Shown one piece after another: positions 54,710 to 64,000 of a stretch of 64,000 nucleotides of DNA (position 1 is the first letter of the stretch; each line of letters opens with the position of its first letter). The stretch comes from an uncultured Verrucomicrobiae bacterium (GTDB lineage Bacteria > Verrucomicrobiota > Verrucomicrobiia > Limisphaerales > JAFGQR01). Made by a program: the position numbers and the translations under genes. The stretch is from the NCBI GenBank assembly GCA_963788655.1, contig CAWBHS010000110.1, forward strand, positions 64,001 to 128,000, given 5' to 3'. The notes under the pieces are model-generated. The model did no database searches, had not been told where the DNA came from, and was given only the letters and a program-made list of their open reading frames with translations.

Positions 54710-56151
54710 TGGCTGACACTCTCATCAAGTCCGTTCCCAGTATCCACGCCGACACCGGCGGAATTGGAGCGCATGCCGCTGGTGGCGAACCAGCGCAGCG
54801 TCGGCTGGATTTCCGACCACATTGCCGAGCGTGGCGGAAGGCAAGACGCCGTTGTGGTGGTGGATCGCGTTCGTTCCGAGCGTGCTGTTGACGGTGGTGC
54901 TGCGTTAGCATGATGACGTATCTCGATCTCCACCGGCGTGGGCGTCTGGGGCTTGAGACACCCGGTGATGTGGGGCTGGGACATCATCAATTTCGTCTGG
55001 TGGATCGGCATCGGCCACGCCGGCACGCTGATTTCCGCGATTCTCTTTCTGCTGCGCCAGCGCTGGCGCACGGCCGTCAACCGCGCGGCGGAGGCCATGA
55101 CGATTTTTGCCGTGATGTGCGCCGGACATTTTCCCGCTGATCCACGTCGGGCGCGTCTGGTTTGCCTGGTGGTTGTTCCCGATCCCAACGTCCAACGGCA
55201 TCTGGCCGCAGTTCCGGTCGCCGCTGATGTGGGACGTGTTCGCGGTCTCGACCTACTTCACCGTTTCGCTGCTGTTCTGGTACATGGGCTTGATTCCCGA
55301 CCTGGCCATGATGCGCGATCGGGCCAAGACCAAAGTCCGGCAGATTCTTCTACGGTATTGTTCGCGCTGGGCTGGACCGGCTCGAACCGGCACTGGAGCA
55401 ATTACGAAAAGGCCTACTGATTCTGGCCGGCTTGGCCACGCCGCTGGTGTTGTCGGTGCACTCCATCGTGTCCTTGGACTTTTGCGGTGTCGCAGTTGCC
55501 GGGCTGGCACACGACGATCTTCCCGCCTTACTTCGTGGCGGGCGCGATTTACTCCGGGTTCGGCATGGTGCTGACGCTGCTGGTGCCGCTGCGCAAGATC
55601 TGCAAGCTGGAGGACATCATCACGATGCGGCACATGGAAATGATGTGCAAAGTGACGCTGGCGACGGGTTCCATCGTCGGCTACGCCTATGCGATGGAGT
55701 ATTTCATCGCCTGGTACAGCGGCAATCCTTACGAGCGATTGGACCTTCTGGCAACCGCGTGTTCGGGACCTACTGGTACGGCGGTACTGGACGATGCTGT
55801 CGTTCAACGTGCTGTTGCCGCAGTTGTTCTGGTTCAAGAAGATCCGGACCAGAACCTGGTGGTGGTGTTCATCATTTCGATCTTTGTGAACATCGGCATG
55901 TGGTTCGAGCGGTTCGTCATCATCGTCGACGTCGCTGTACCAGGATTTCCTGCCGGCCAACTGGGGGTATTTCCAGCCGACGTGGGTGGACATGTTGCAC
56001 GTATCTGGGCACGATTCGGTTTGTTCTTCACGCTGTTCCTGCTGTTCATGCGGTTTCTGCCGATGATCGCCATTTCCGAAGTCAAAGGCGTGACGCCGCA
56101 GGCGGACCCGCACCATCCGCTGGGCGGCGCCGAAACGGAGGGCGTCACTGA
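54709..56151 (+). CDS. actC: ACIII NrfD-family quinol-binding subunit, multiple frameshifts
   Basis: [64 protein letters not shown] and [10 protein letters not shown]. Confidence 0.9.
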
Positions 56152-56690
56152 TGAGCAGAGTCCACTCAAACCTACGGAATGATCGCTGAATTCGGTACGC
56201 GCGGCGGAAATGTTGCACGCGGCGCGAAAAGGTGCGCGACGCGGGCTACCGCGCTGGGACGTGTTCACGCCGTTCCCGGTGCATGGCATGGACGAGGCGA
56301 TGGGCCTGGGAATTCGAAGGTCGGCTGGTTCACCTTCATCGGCGGGGTCACGGGTTACACACGGGCATGCTGATGATCTGGTGGATGAACGCTTACGACT
56401 ATCCGATTGGTGGTCGGGCGGCAAACCGATGTTCAGCCCGTTCCCGGCGTTTCCCGCCGTCCTACGAACTGACCATTCTGCTGGCGCGTTCGGTGCGTTG
56501 ATCGGCATGCTGATCCTGAACCGGCTGCCGCGACTGCATCATCCGCTGTTCAAGTGCCCGGTTCAAGAAGGTGACCCACGACGGATTTTTTATCGCGATT
56601 GAGGCGGACGATCCGAAGTTCTCCGCTGAAGCAACCCGCAGCTTGCTGGAACGCGCCGGCAGCCAGCACATCGAAGAGGTGAAGGACTAA
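56151..56690 (+). CDS. actD: ACIII subunit D (DUF3341), multiple frameshifts
   Basis: FTPFPVHGMDEAMG, GGKPMFS, YELTILL and NRLPRLHHP fragments. Confidence 0.85.
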
Positions 56691-57346
56691 TGCGCTACAT
56701 CTTTCTCACCTTTATTCTCGCGGTGGTGGCGGTGGTGGTGATTGCCGGGCGTCGCGGCGACTTCTCCGGCGACCGCCGATTGAAGTTTTCCCCGACATGG
56801 ACCGACAACCGAAACTGCGGCCGCAAACCGACAACAAGTTTTTCCCCGACGGAATGAGTTCGCAGCCTGCGGTGCCCGGCACCGTGGCGCGCGGTTCGGC
56901 TTATCAAGACGACGCCGTACAACACCGGAAAGATCCCCGGCACGACTAATTGGGTGGAAATCCTGCCGGTGCCGGTGACTGCCGAATTGATGGCCCGCGG
57001 GCGGGAGCGCTACAACATATATTGCTCGCCGTGCCACGGTCCCACCGGCGCCGGCAAAGGCATTACCACGAATCCGATTTACGGCATGATTGGCGTGGCC
57101 AATTTCCACGATCCGCGCCTGGTCCGCATGGCGGACGGCGAAATCTTCAACACGATCACCTACGGCAGTCCGGCGCAACTGATGCTGGCTTACGGCGGCA
57201 TGATTCCGATTGCGGACCGCTGGGCCATCATCGCCTATGTGCGGGCTTTGCAGCGTTCGCAGTTGGCGACGTTGGACGACGTGCCGGCGGACATTCGCCC
57301 GGAATTGACCAAACCGTTGGCGCCGGGCACGGGAGGGACGCAATAA
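56690..57346 (+). CDS. actE: ACIII monoheme cytochrome c, frameshifts in the 5' half
   Basis: FPDMDRQPK...PGTVARG...RGRERYNIYCSPCHG...DRWAIIAYVRALQ. Confidence 0.88.
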
Positions 57347-57348
57347 TT

Positions 57349-58593
57349 ATGAACGGCTCGACCTTTGTTGCTACCGTCACGCCGGAACAGCGAAAAGCGC
57401 TGGAGGCCAAAGTCTCGCGGCTGGCGCTGGTCTTCCTGGTGGGAGGCGGTTTGCTGGGGCTCATCGGCCTGTTCACGAATCCCAAACAGTTTGCGTTTTC
57501 GTATCTGCTGGCGTTCATGTTTTTCCTGAGCATTTGTTTGGGAGCGCTGTTCCTGGTGATCATTCATCATCTCTTCGACGCCAACTGGTCGGTGCCAATC
57601 CGGCGAGTTTCGGAACACCTGGCGTTTCTGGTGCCGGTGATGGCGGCGTTGTTCATTCCGATTGCCCTGTTGGGGCCCTCGCAGATTTATTCGTGGATGC
57701 AGAGTGTGCTGGCCGGCCATGCCAACCTTGAGCATGCCTTGCGCGCCAAGCAACCACTCTTCAATCTGCCGTGGTTTTATCTGATTGCCGTGATCCTGTT
57801 CGCGGCGTGGACCTGGCTCTCGTACAACCTGCGCAAGTATTCCATTCAACAAGACCAATCCGGCGCGGCGCGCTGCACCTACAAGATGCGGATGCACTCG
57901 GCCTACGGAATCTACGTGTTCGCGTTCTCGATCACACTGGCGGCGGTCTTTTGGATGATGGCTCTCGAGTACCAATGGTATTCGACCATGTATGGCGTCT
58001 ATTATTTCGCAGGCAGCGTCTGGACGACGTTGGCTACGTTGTACGTGCTGGGGGTGGCGTTCGTGCGGACGGGACCGTTGAGCGCGGTGATGCACCGCCG
58101 GCATTTTCATGACCTGGCCGTGCTGTTTTTTGCGTTCACGGTGTTCTACGCCTACATCGCCTTTTCGCAGTATTTTCTGATGTGGAACGGCGCCATTCCC
58201 GAGGAAACATTTTTCTTCGTGAAACGCGAAACCGGCTCGTGGTGGAGCATGGGTTTGTTGCTGATCTTCGGTCATTTCTTTTTACCGTTTCTGGCCATGC
58301 TGCGGATCGACACCAAGCTGTGGCTGCCGTTGATGCTGCCGTTGTGCGCCTGGGCCTGGATCATGCAATTCTGCGACCTCGCGTTCAACATCATGCCAGT
58401 GTTGCACCCGGAAGGGTTCCAACCGCATTATCTGGACTTTGCGTGCCTGGCCTTCATCGGCGGGGTGCTGGCAATGGTCTTTATCCGGTACTTCAAACAG
58501 CATGCGCCGTATCCGGTGAAGGATCCGCGGCTGGAAGAATCCATCGGGCTGCGTCATGGCGGACCGTTGCCGCCGGCCACGGCACCCGAGTAA
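57349..58593 (+). CDS. actF: ACIII membrane subunit F
   Basis: About 10 TM helices; WSVPIRR, WMMALEYQWYSTMYG and FSQYFLMWNGAIPEET. Confidence 0.9.
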   Translation: MNGSTFVATVTPEQRKALEAKVSRLALVFLVGGGLLGLIGLFTNPKQFAFSYLLAFMFFLSICLGALFLVIIHHLFDANWSVPIRRVSEHLAFLVPVMAALFIPIALLGPSQIYSWMQSVLAGHANLEHALRAKQPLFNLPWFYLIAVILFAAWTWLSYNLRKYSIQQDQSGAARCTYKMRMHSAYGIYVFAFSITLAAVFWMMALEYQWYSTMYGVYYFAGSVWTTLATLYVLGVAFVRTGPLSAVMHRRHFHDLAVLFFAFTVFYAYIAFSQYFLMWNGAIPEETFFFVKRETGSWWSMGLLLIFGHFFLPFLAMLRIDTKLWLPLMLPLCAWAWIMQFCDLAFNIMPVLHPEGFQPHYLDFACLAFIGGVLAMVFIRYFKQHAPYPVKDPRLEESIGLRHGGPLPPATAPE

Positions 58594-58600
58594 AGTGCGA

Positions 58601-58975
58601 ATGAACGTCAAGCTGACATCTCGAAGCAGTGTGGCGGCCCTGGCGGTGAGCCTACTGGGCTGCCTGCTTCTGGTCTATGCCCTGGTGAAAACCGTGCAAC
58701 ACTACATGCAACCGCCGCCGTTGAACGCCACCCGCGTCGAGGAACGCCAGAAAGCGCTGGCGGAATTGCGCGCGCGGGAACAGGAGCAAACGCAGAATTA
58801 CGGTTGGGTCGATCAAGCACACGGCATTGTGCGCCTGCCGATCACCAACGCCATGGAACTGACCATTCGGGAATATCGCAATCCGTCGGTGGCCCGCACC
58901 AATTTGCTCACCCGCCTCGAGCAAGCCACGAAGCCCCTGCCGAAACCTGAACCGCCGCCGAACCCATTCGAATAG
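58601..58975 (+). CDS. actG: ACIII subunit G-like
   Basis: Single TM helix; YGWVDQAHGIVRLPITNAMEL motif. Confidence 0.75.
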   Translation: MNVKLTSRSSVAALAVSLLGCLLLVYALVKTVQHYMQPPPLNATRVEERQKALAELRAREQEQTQNYGWVDQAHGIVRLPITNAMELTIREYRNPSVARTNLLTRLEQATKPLPKPEPPPNPFE

Positions 58976-58981
58976 CCGGCG

Positions 58982-60472
58982 ATGACCGCGTCCGTTACTC
59001 CCGCTCCCCAAACTTCCGAGACCGCGGCCGCGACGCCGATGGTCGAGCCGCGTGATTCGGTAGCGATCATCGATGCGTCGTGCCGATGGCCGTTAATGCT
59101 GTTGTTCATTGGCGGCCTTGCCTGGCTACTGGGCGGGATGTTCCTGGCCATCATTGCCTCGGTCAAACTGCACGCCCCCGGCTTCCTCGCTCACGCCGCC
59201 TGGCTCACGGTGGGGCGGTTGCGTCCGGCGGCCATGAACGCGCTGATTTACGGTTTTGCGACGCCCGTCAGCCTGGGCGTCCTGATGTGGATGCTGGCCC
59301 GCTTGGGCGGGCTGCGCTTGTTGTATCCCGGTCCCGTTTTTGTGGCCGGCCTGATGTGGAATTTCGGCGTTGTCAGTGGCGTGTTGGGCCTCCTGGCGGT
59401 TGGTTCCACTGGTTTTGAATGGCTGGAAATGCCACCGTACACGCCGCCGTTGTTGTTGATCGCATTTCTCGTCCTGGCCATTAGCGCGCTGATGAATTTC
59501 TCCTTTCGCCGGGAGAAGACCGGGTATGTCTCGCAATGGTATTTGCTGGCGGGCTTGTTCTGGTTTGTCTGGATCTATTCGGCCTCGAGTTACCTGTTGC
59601 TCTACCATCCCGTGCGGGGCGTGCTCCAAGCGGTGGTGGGCGCATGGTTCACCAGTAACCTGCTCGGCCTATGGCTCACGTCCGTGGGACTGGCGATCGT
59701 TTTCTACTTCATCCCCAAACTCCTCCAGCGTCCTTTGCAGAATTACTGGCTGGCGGTCTTTGGCTTTTGGACCCTGGCGGTCTTTGGCAGTTGGACGGGG
59801 CTGGCCCAGTTCGCGGGTGGACCGCTGCCGCGCTGGATGGTCAGCGTCAGCGGCGTGGCCAATGGGTTGATGATTGTGCCGGTGCTCGCCGTGGCGCTGA
59901 ACTGGCATTGGACGCTGGTCGGGAAATATCATCAGTTCAAAACCGACTTCGTGTTGCGGTTCGTCTTGGCCGGCGCGGTTTCGTATCTGGCGGCCAATCT
60001 GTTGGCGAGTGTGGTGGGATTCCAACCATTGGCCGCGCTGACGCAACTGACGCTGGTGCCGGTCGCGCGCGTGCAACTGGCCCTGCATGGCTTTGTGGGA
60101 CTCACGCTCTTGGGCGCCTTGTATTACATCCTGCCGCGATTGCTGCAAGTGAACTGGCCATCGATGAAACTGGTGCGGTTCCACTGGCTGGCCTCGGTCA
60201 TTGGTGTGGCGCTCATGTTCGTGGCGTTACTGGTCGGCGGCCTGATTCAAGGCGGCCGATTGCTGAATCCGGACACCGATTTCGTCAGCGTGCTCAAATC
60301 GACCATTCCGTTTCTCGGCAATGCCGCCTTGGGACTGTGCGTCTTGCTGACGGGCCAGGTGGCCTTGGGGTGGAACCTCGGGTTGATGTTGTGGCAATAT
60401 TGCCAACAGAGCAGTCCGGTAACTGAACTGTTGGAGGCGGTGGACGCCGCGGAGGCGGGAGGGCGACCATGA
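58982..60472 (+). CDS. CcoN (cbb3 subunit I)-like protein lacking all canonical metal ligands
   Basis: About 12 TM helices; GRLRP, EWLEMP, YVSQWY and YFIPK retained; His ligand positions substituted. Confidence 0.85.
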   Translation: MTASVTPAPQTSETAAATPMVEPRDSVAIIDASCRWPLMLLFIGGLAWLLGGMFLAIIASVKLHAPGFLAHAAWLTVGRLRPAAMNALIYGFATPVSLGVLMWMLARLGGLRLLYPGPVFVAGLMWNFGVVSGVLGLLAVGSTGFEWLEMPPYTPPLLLIAFLVLAISALMNFSFRREKTGYVSQWYLLAGLFWFVWIYSASSYLLLYHPVRGVLQAVVGAWFTSNLLGLWLTSVGLAIVFYFIPKLLQRPLQNYWLAVFGFWTLAVFGSWTGLAQFAGGPLPRWMVSVSGVANGLMIVPVLAVALNWHWTLVGKYHQFKTDFVLRFVLAGAVSYLAANLLASVVGFQPLAALTQLTLVPVARVQLALHGFVGLTLLGALYYILPRLLQVNWPSMKLVRFHWLASVIGVALMFVALLVGGLIQGGRLLNPDTDFVSVLKSTIPFLGNAALGLCVLLTGQVALGWNLGLMLWQYCQQSSPVTELLEAVDAAEAGGRP

Positions 60473-61173
60473 ACTACGGTCCCTTGCTTTTCTTTGGCGT
60501 TTTCCTGACACTGACCAGTTCGTTCTGGGGTCTGGTCGTGGCGCCCCAATTACAGCTTGGCCGGCAGATGCCCGTCGCCCAGGAAAACGTGGGCCAGTTC
60601 TATCCGGCGCCCCGCTCTGGACTGGCCCAGGAAGGCGCGCAGGTGTACCGCACGTTGGGGTGCGTGGAGTGCCACACGGAACAGGTGCGCGGCTTGGGCA
60701 GTGATCTCGCCCGCGTTTGGGGCGAACGTATTTCCGTGGCTCAGGATTATCTGTACGACGACCCGGTTCAACTCGGCCAGCAACGGCTTGGGCCGGATTT
60801 GACGAACATTGGCGTCCGGCAAACCAACGCCGTCTGGCATTTCCTGCACCTCTTCGATCCCAAACTTACCGTGGTAGGTTCACCGATGCCGCGGTACCCG
60901 TTCTTGTTCGACCGGGAACCGGAAGGAACCCAGTTCCCCTCCCCTTGGGCGCTGACCCCGGAGTTGGAACAGAACGGCCGCAAATTCCACCTGGTTCCCA
61001 AACGGGAGGCCCGGGCCCTGGTGGCGTACCTGTTGAGTTTGCGGTCAGAAGTCTCCTTGTTTGAGGCGCCCGGGCCCAAGCCGGAAACCAACGCGCCCCC
61101 GGCGGGCTCAACTTCCACCAATCAAACGTCCACTCCCGCGGCTGTGAAAACCGGCTCCGCACCCGCGCCATGA
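60469..61173 (+). CDS. ccoO: cbb3-type subunit II (CcoO/FixO)-like monoheme cytochrome c
   Basis: GCVECHTEQVR, RLGPDLTNIG and HLFDP...SPMPRYPFLF. Confidence 0.88.
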   Translation: MNYGPLLFFGVFLTLTSSFWGLVVAPQLQLGRQMPVAQENVGQFYPAPRSGLAQEGAQVYRTLGCVECHTEQVRGLGSDLARVWGERISVAQDYLYDDPVQLGQQRLGPDLTNIGVRQTNAVWHFLHLFDPKLTVVGSPMPRYPFLFDREPEGTQFPSPWALTPELEQNGRKFHLVPKREARALVAYLLSLRSEVSLFEAPGPKPETNAPPAGSTSTNQTSTPAAVKTGSAPAP

Positions 61174-61937
61174 AGAAGCGAAAGGCCAAGTCCAGCAAAG
61201 CGCGTCCGGCACCCGAACGTCCGCAAGTAGCTCCGAAGGCGCCCAGCCCCGAGCTGGCTCGGGTGCCATCCGTCAAGCCGGCCCGCAAAACGCCTTCCTC
61301 TCGACCGTCTGCGGTGGCCAAGCCCTTGGACGAATCGCCGGAGCCCACCGTGCGTCAAGGTTCGCCGATGCCGGTCATGATGATTGCCCTGTTGGGCTTG
61401 CTCCTGTACTTGGGCGAAGTCCACGTGATCGATACGGCTGGGGACTTCGATCCCCGGGTTTATTATCCATACCAGTCGGTCAAGCAACTCGAAGACCTCC
61501 AACCCAAATCCGCCGCCGACGCCATGTATGTCCAGGGGCGCAAGGTCTATAATTCCATCTGCATCCAATGCCACCAAGCCAACGGCCAGGGTAATCCAGC
61601 GATGTTTATTCCACCGCTGGTGGGTTCGGATTGGGTGCTCGAACCCGAGCCCGGACGCATCATCCGCATCGTATTCAAAGGACTCCAGGGCCCCATTACC
61701 GTGAAAGGCGAGAACTTCGGCCAGGGCGCAATGTTCGCGGTCGGCGATCAGTTGCCGGGAAATGAGGAGGAGAGAATTCAAGAAGTCGCCGCCGTCTTGA
61801 CGTACATTCGCAGCACCTGGGGCAACAGCGCGCCGCCCGTAACAATCGAACGGGTACAAACGGCTCACGAACAATTCAAGAACCGCACTGCGCCCTGGAC
61901 CGCCGACGAGTTGCTGAAGCTCGAACCGAGCGAATAG
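61170..61937 (+). CDS. Membrane-anchored class I cytochrome c
   Basis: Lys/Pro-rich N-terminal tail, TM helix, CIQCHQANGQG...PPLVGSDWV...AAVLTYIRSTWGN. Confidence 0.88.
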   Translation: MKKRKAKSSKARPAPERPQVAPKAPSPELARVPSVKPARKTPSSRPSAVAKPLDESPEPTVRQGSPMPVMMIALLGLLLYLGEVHVIDTAGDFDPRVYYPYQSVKQLEDLQPKSAADAMYVQGRKVYNSICIQCHQANGQGNPAMFIPPLVGSDWVLEPEPGRIIRIVFKGLQGPITVKGENFGQGAMFAVGDQLPGNEEERIQEVAAVLTYIRSTWGNSAPPVTIERVQTAHEQFKNRTAPWTADELLKLEPSE

Positions 61938-62142
61938 GGGCACCCAAGGATTGTTGGTGGTTTCCAAACGTTAGTTTGGCGACCACGCATTGTCCGTTCT
62001 TATCCCACGAAGGAGTTGAAACCACGGAGTGCTTGGATTGCTCGGATGGGGAAGAGCTTGGCTGAAACGATTCAGTTGGGAGGACGAGCAAGCCGCCGCG
62101 TGGGCCAAGCGGCGAGTGGAGAAAACCTTTGACTTCCGGCCC

Positions 62143-62181
62143 CCCAACGAGCTGCCAGCGGGATGCCGGCAGCACGTTGGG
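62143..62181. repeat. Solo hairpin of the same family as the 120-bp array unit; possible terminator between convergent genes
   Basis: CCCAACGAGCTGCCAGCGGGATGCCGGCAGCACGTTGGG. Confidence 0.65.
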
Positions 62182-62197
62182 TTGAAGTGGCGGGTGG

Positions 62198-63850
62198 TTA
62201 CGCGGCTTGGTTCAGGATCGCCTTGAGATCCTCAGCCGCCGTCTTGATTGGCATCAGGTTGAATTTCTCGACCAGCACCCCAAGCACATTGGGTGACACA
62301 AATGCCGGCAACGTCGGACCAAGCCGGATGTTCTTGATGCCCAGGAACAGCAAGGTCAACAGAATCGCCACGGCTTTTTGTTCGTACCAGGAGAGCACGA
62401 GCGACAACGGCAGGTCATTGACGCCGCAGTTAAAGGCTTTGGAAAGGGCCACCGCGATCTGGATGGCGGAATAGGCATCGTTACACTGGCCGATGTCCAG
62501 CAACCGCGGCAGGCCGCCAATGGTGCCAAAGTCGAGTTTGTTGAAACGGAATTTACCGCAAGCGAGGGTGAGGATCATACAATCCTGAGGAACGGATTCC
62601 GCGAACTCGGTGTAATAATCCCGTCCTGTTCGCGCGCCGTCACAGCCGCCGACCAGGAAGAAATGCTTGATGTCCCCGCCCTTGACGGCCGCGACAACTT
62701 TGTCGGCGACGTTCATCACGGCATTATGGCCGAACCCGGTCAGGATGGTTTTATCCGGACCATCCTCCGCAAATCCCGGTGCGGCCAAAGCCGCCTCGAT
62801 GACCGGACTGAAATCGCCATCAGCAATGTGCCGGACATCGGGCCAGGCTACTAAACCGGAAGTGAAAATTCGGTCTTGGTATGCCGGCTGCGGTTCCTGG
62901 ATGCAGTTGGTGGTCATCAGAATGGCGCCGGGGAAGCTTTTGAATTCATCCTTTTGATCCTGCCAGGCGCCGCCGTAATTGCCGACCAGATGCGGGTAGG
63001 CCTTGAGCCGCGGATAGCCGTGCGCCGGCAGCATCTCGCCATGCGTATAGATATTGATGCTCTTGCCTTCCGTTTGTTTAAGCAGTTCTTCGAGATCCTT
63101 GAGATCGTGACCCGAAACCAAAATCGCCTTGCCTTGGAGGGGTTCAATGCGCACGGGCGTTGGCACGGGATGGCCGTAGGTCGTGGTGTGCGCCTGATCG
63201 AGCAATTCCATCACCTGCAAATTGATATCTCCGCACTTGAGGCACAGCCCCAGCAGGCCATCCACGGTGGGATTTGGTTCCGCCAATGCACTCAACGCTT
63301 CATGGAAGAAGGCGTAGATCCCGTCTGCCTCCCGGCCCAGGATCAGCGCGTGGTCGGCATAAGCGGCGGCGCCTTTGACGCCATACAACAACAAGTCCTG
63401 CAATCCGGCCACGTCGGGTCCGAATCGGTCGCGGCGGGACAGCGACGAAACCATCTCCCCTTGTTTGACCAAGCCGTCGGCGGAATCGGCCGGCACCCAG
63501 GTTGAAGGGCCATTGAATGTTTCGGTTGCCGATCCGGCCTTGGCCGCCGCGGCGACATACAGGGTGCGGGCCTCGTCCCGCAGAGCGGCGGCCTTGCGAA
63601 TGATCGGCTCGATGCGTTGCGCGTCAAAATTTACGTTCGTCACGGTGGTAAACAGCGCCTCGATTACAAACCGGTCGAGCGTGGGATCTTTCGCCCCGAA
63701 CTGCCGCGCCCGGTGCGCGAATTGGGAAAGGCCTTTGGTGGCATGCACCAGCAGATCCTGGAGCATGGCGGTTTGTTCATCCTTGCCGCACGTGGCAAAA
63801 TCAGTGCAGCCGGTCCCTTTTGAAGTCTGTTCACATTGATAGCAAAACAT
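62198..63850 (-). CDS. hcp: Hybrid cluster protein (hydroxylamine/NO reductase), class I spacing
   Basis: MFCYQCEQT..C..CGK (C-X2-C-X8-C-X5-C), SGHDL, THGEMLPAHGYP, GGCDG, LACGKFR, GQCNDAY and SWYEQKA. Confidence 0.97.
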   Translation of the reverse strand: MFCYQCEQTSKGTGCTDFATCGKDEQTAMLQDLLVHATKGLSQFAHRARQFGAKDPTLDRFVIEALFTTVTNVNFDAQRIEPIIRKAAALRDEARTLYVAAAAKAGSATETFNGPSTWVPADSADGLVKQGEMVSSLSRRDRFGPDVAGLQDLLLYGVKGAAAYADHALILGREADGIYAFFHEALSALAEPNPTVDGLLGLCLKCGDINLQVMELLDQAHTTTYGHPVPTPVRIEPLQGKAILVSGHDLKDLEELLKQTEGKSINIYTHGEMLPAHGYPRLKAYPHLVGNYGGAWQDQKDEFKSFPGAILMTTNCIQEPQPAYQDRIFTSGLVAWPDVRHIADGDFSPVIEAALAAPGFAEDGPDKTILTGFGHNAVMNVADKVVAAVKGGDIKHFFLVGGCDGARTGRDYYTEFAESVPQDCMILTLACGKFRFNKLDFGTIGGLPRLLDIGQCNDAYSAIQIAVALSKAFNCGVNDLPLSLVLSWYEQKAVAILLTLLFLGIKNIRLGPTLPAFVSPNVLGVLVEKFNLMPIKTAAEDLKAILNQAA

Positions 63851-63921
63851 AGTCGTCTTCCGTCGTTTCAATTGATGGTTTGGGCAAGCGCCACCGGGAC
63901 ACTCGCGTTCTTACGGGACGG

Positions 63922-63963
63922 ACTATGCAACAGCCTCGGAATTGGGCCTTTGATCCACATCAA
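63922..63963 (-). promoter_or_regulatory. Crp/Fnr-family (FNR/DNR/HcpR-type) box with class II promoter of hcp
   Basis: Perfect TTGAT-CCAC-ATCAA at 63950-63963; -10-like CATAGT at 63927-63922 places the box centre at about -41.5. Confidence 0.8.
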
Positions 63964-64000
63964 GTTTTTCAACGATCAGTGGCGATTACGGTTAGCATAG

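Noticed and set aside
58982..60472. Functional cbb3 oxidase or NO reductase catalytic subunit
   Set aside because: All six canonical His ligands are absent; reported instead as a pseudoenzyme.

Overview
GC-rich bacterial chromosome segment, most likely Verrucomicrobiota (Pedosphaera/Limisphaera-like). This is inferred from the ACIII-plus-cbb3-like gene layout, an H-X9-DG prepilin-like gene, secreted proteins ending in an 'FFR/FYR' domain and the intergenic palindrome types. From left to right the window holds: a LarA-family racemase/epimerase with a mannonate-oxidoreductase-like SDR; secreted carbohydrate-related proteins; a CusA/CzcA-type RND pump; a 120-bp tandem array; two Gfo/Idh/MocA oxidoreductases and nagB; a probable 6S RNA; pyrR-pyrB with a PyrR-type attenuator; a His-rich Ni transporter and a porin; xerC, tatD, a DUF433/DUF5615 toxin-antitoxin pair, hemW and csp; a six-gene phytochrome-type kinase/receiver cluster; zwf and lepB; an LnrJKLMN-like two-component/ABC cassette; a large secreted glycoside-hydrolase-like gene; a complete alternative complex III (actA-G) operon; and hcp with a perfect FNR-type box. 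Many genes carry single-base indels, very dense at about 54.1-56.95 kb; these look like long-read assembly errors. The most notable observation is that the ACIII operon ends in a full-length CcoN paralogue lacking all six metal-ligand histidines and the cross-linking Tyr, followed by an intact CcoO and a cytochrome c, with no catalytic oxidase in the operon. Also notable are two orphan promoter-to-terminator small-RNA candidates (one with H-type pseudoknot topology) and a varied set of REP-like palindromes: one tandemly amplified, one packaged in IS5-like ends, one read in-frame in a prepilin leader. No CRISPR array, tRNA, rRNA or transposase was seen. All family assignments come from recognising motifs by eye; no database searches were run.
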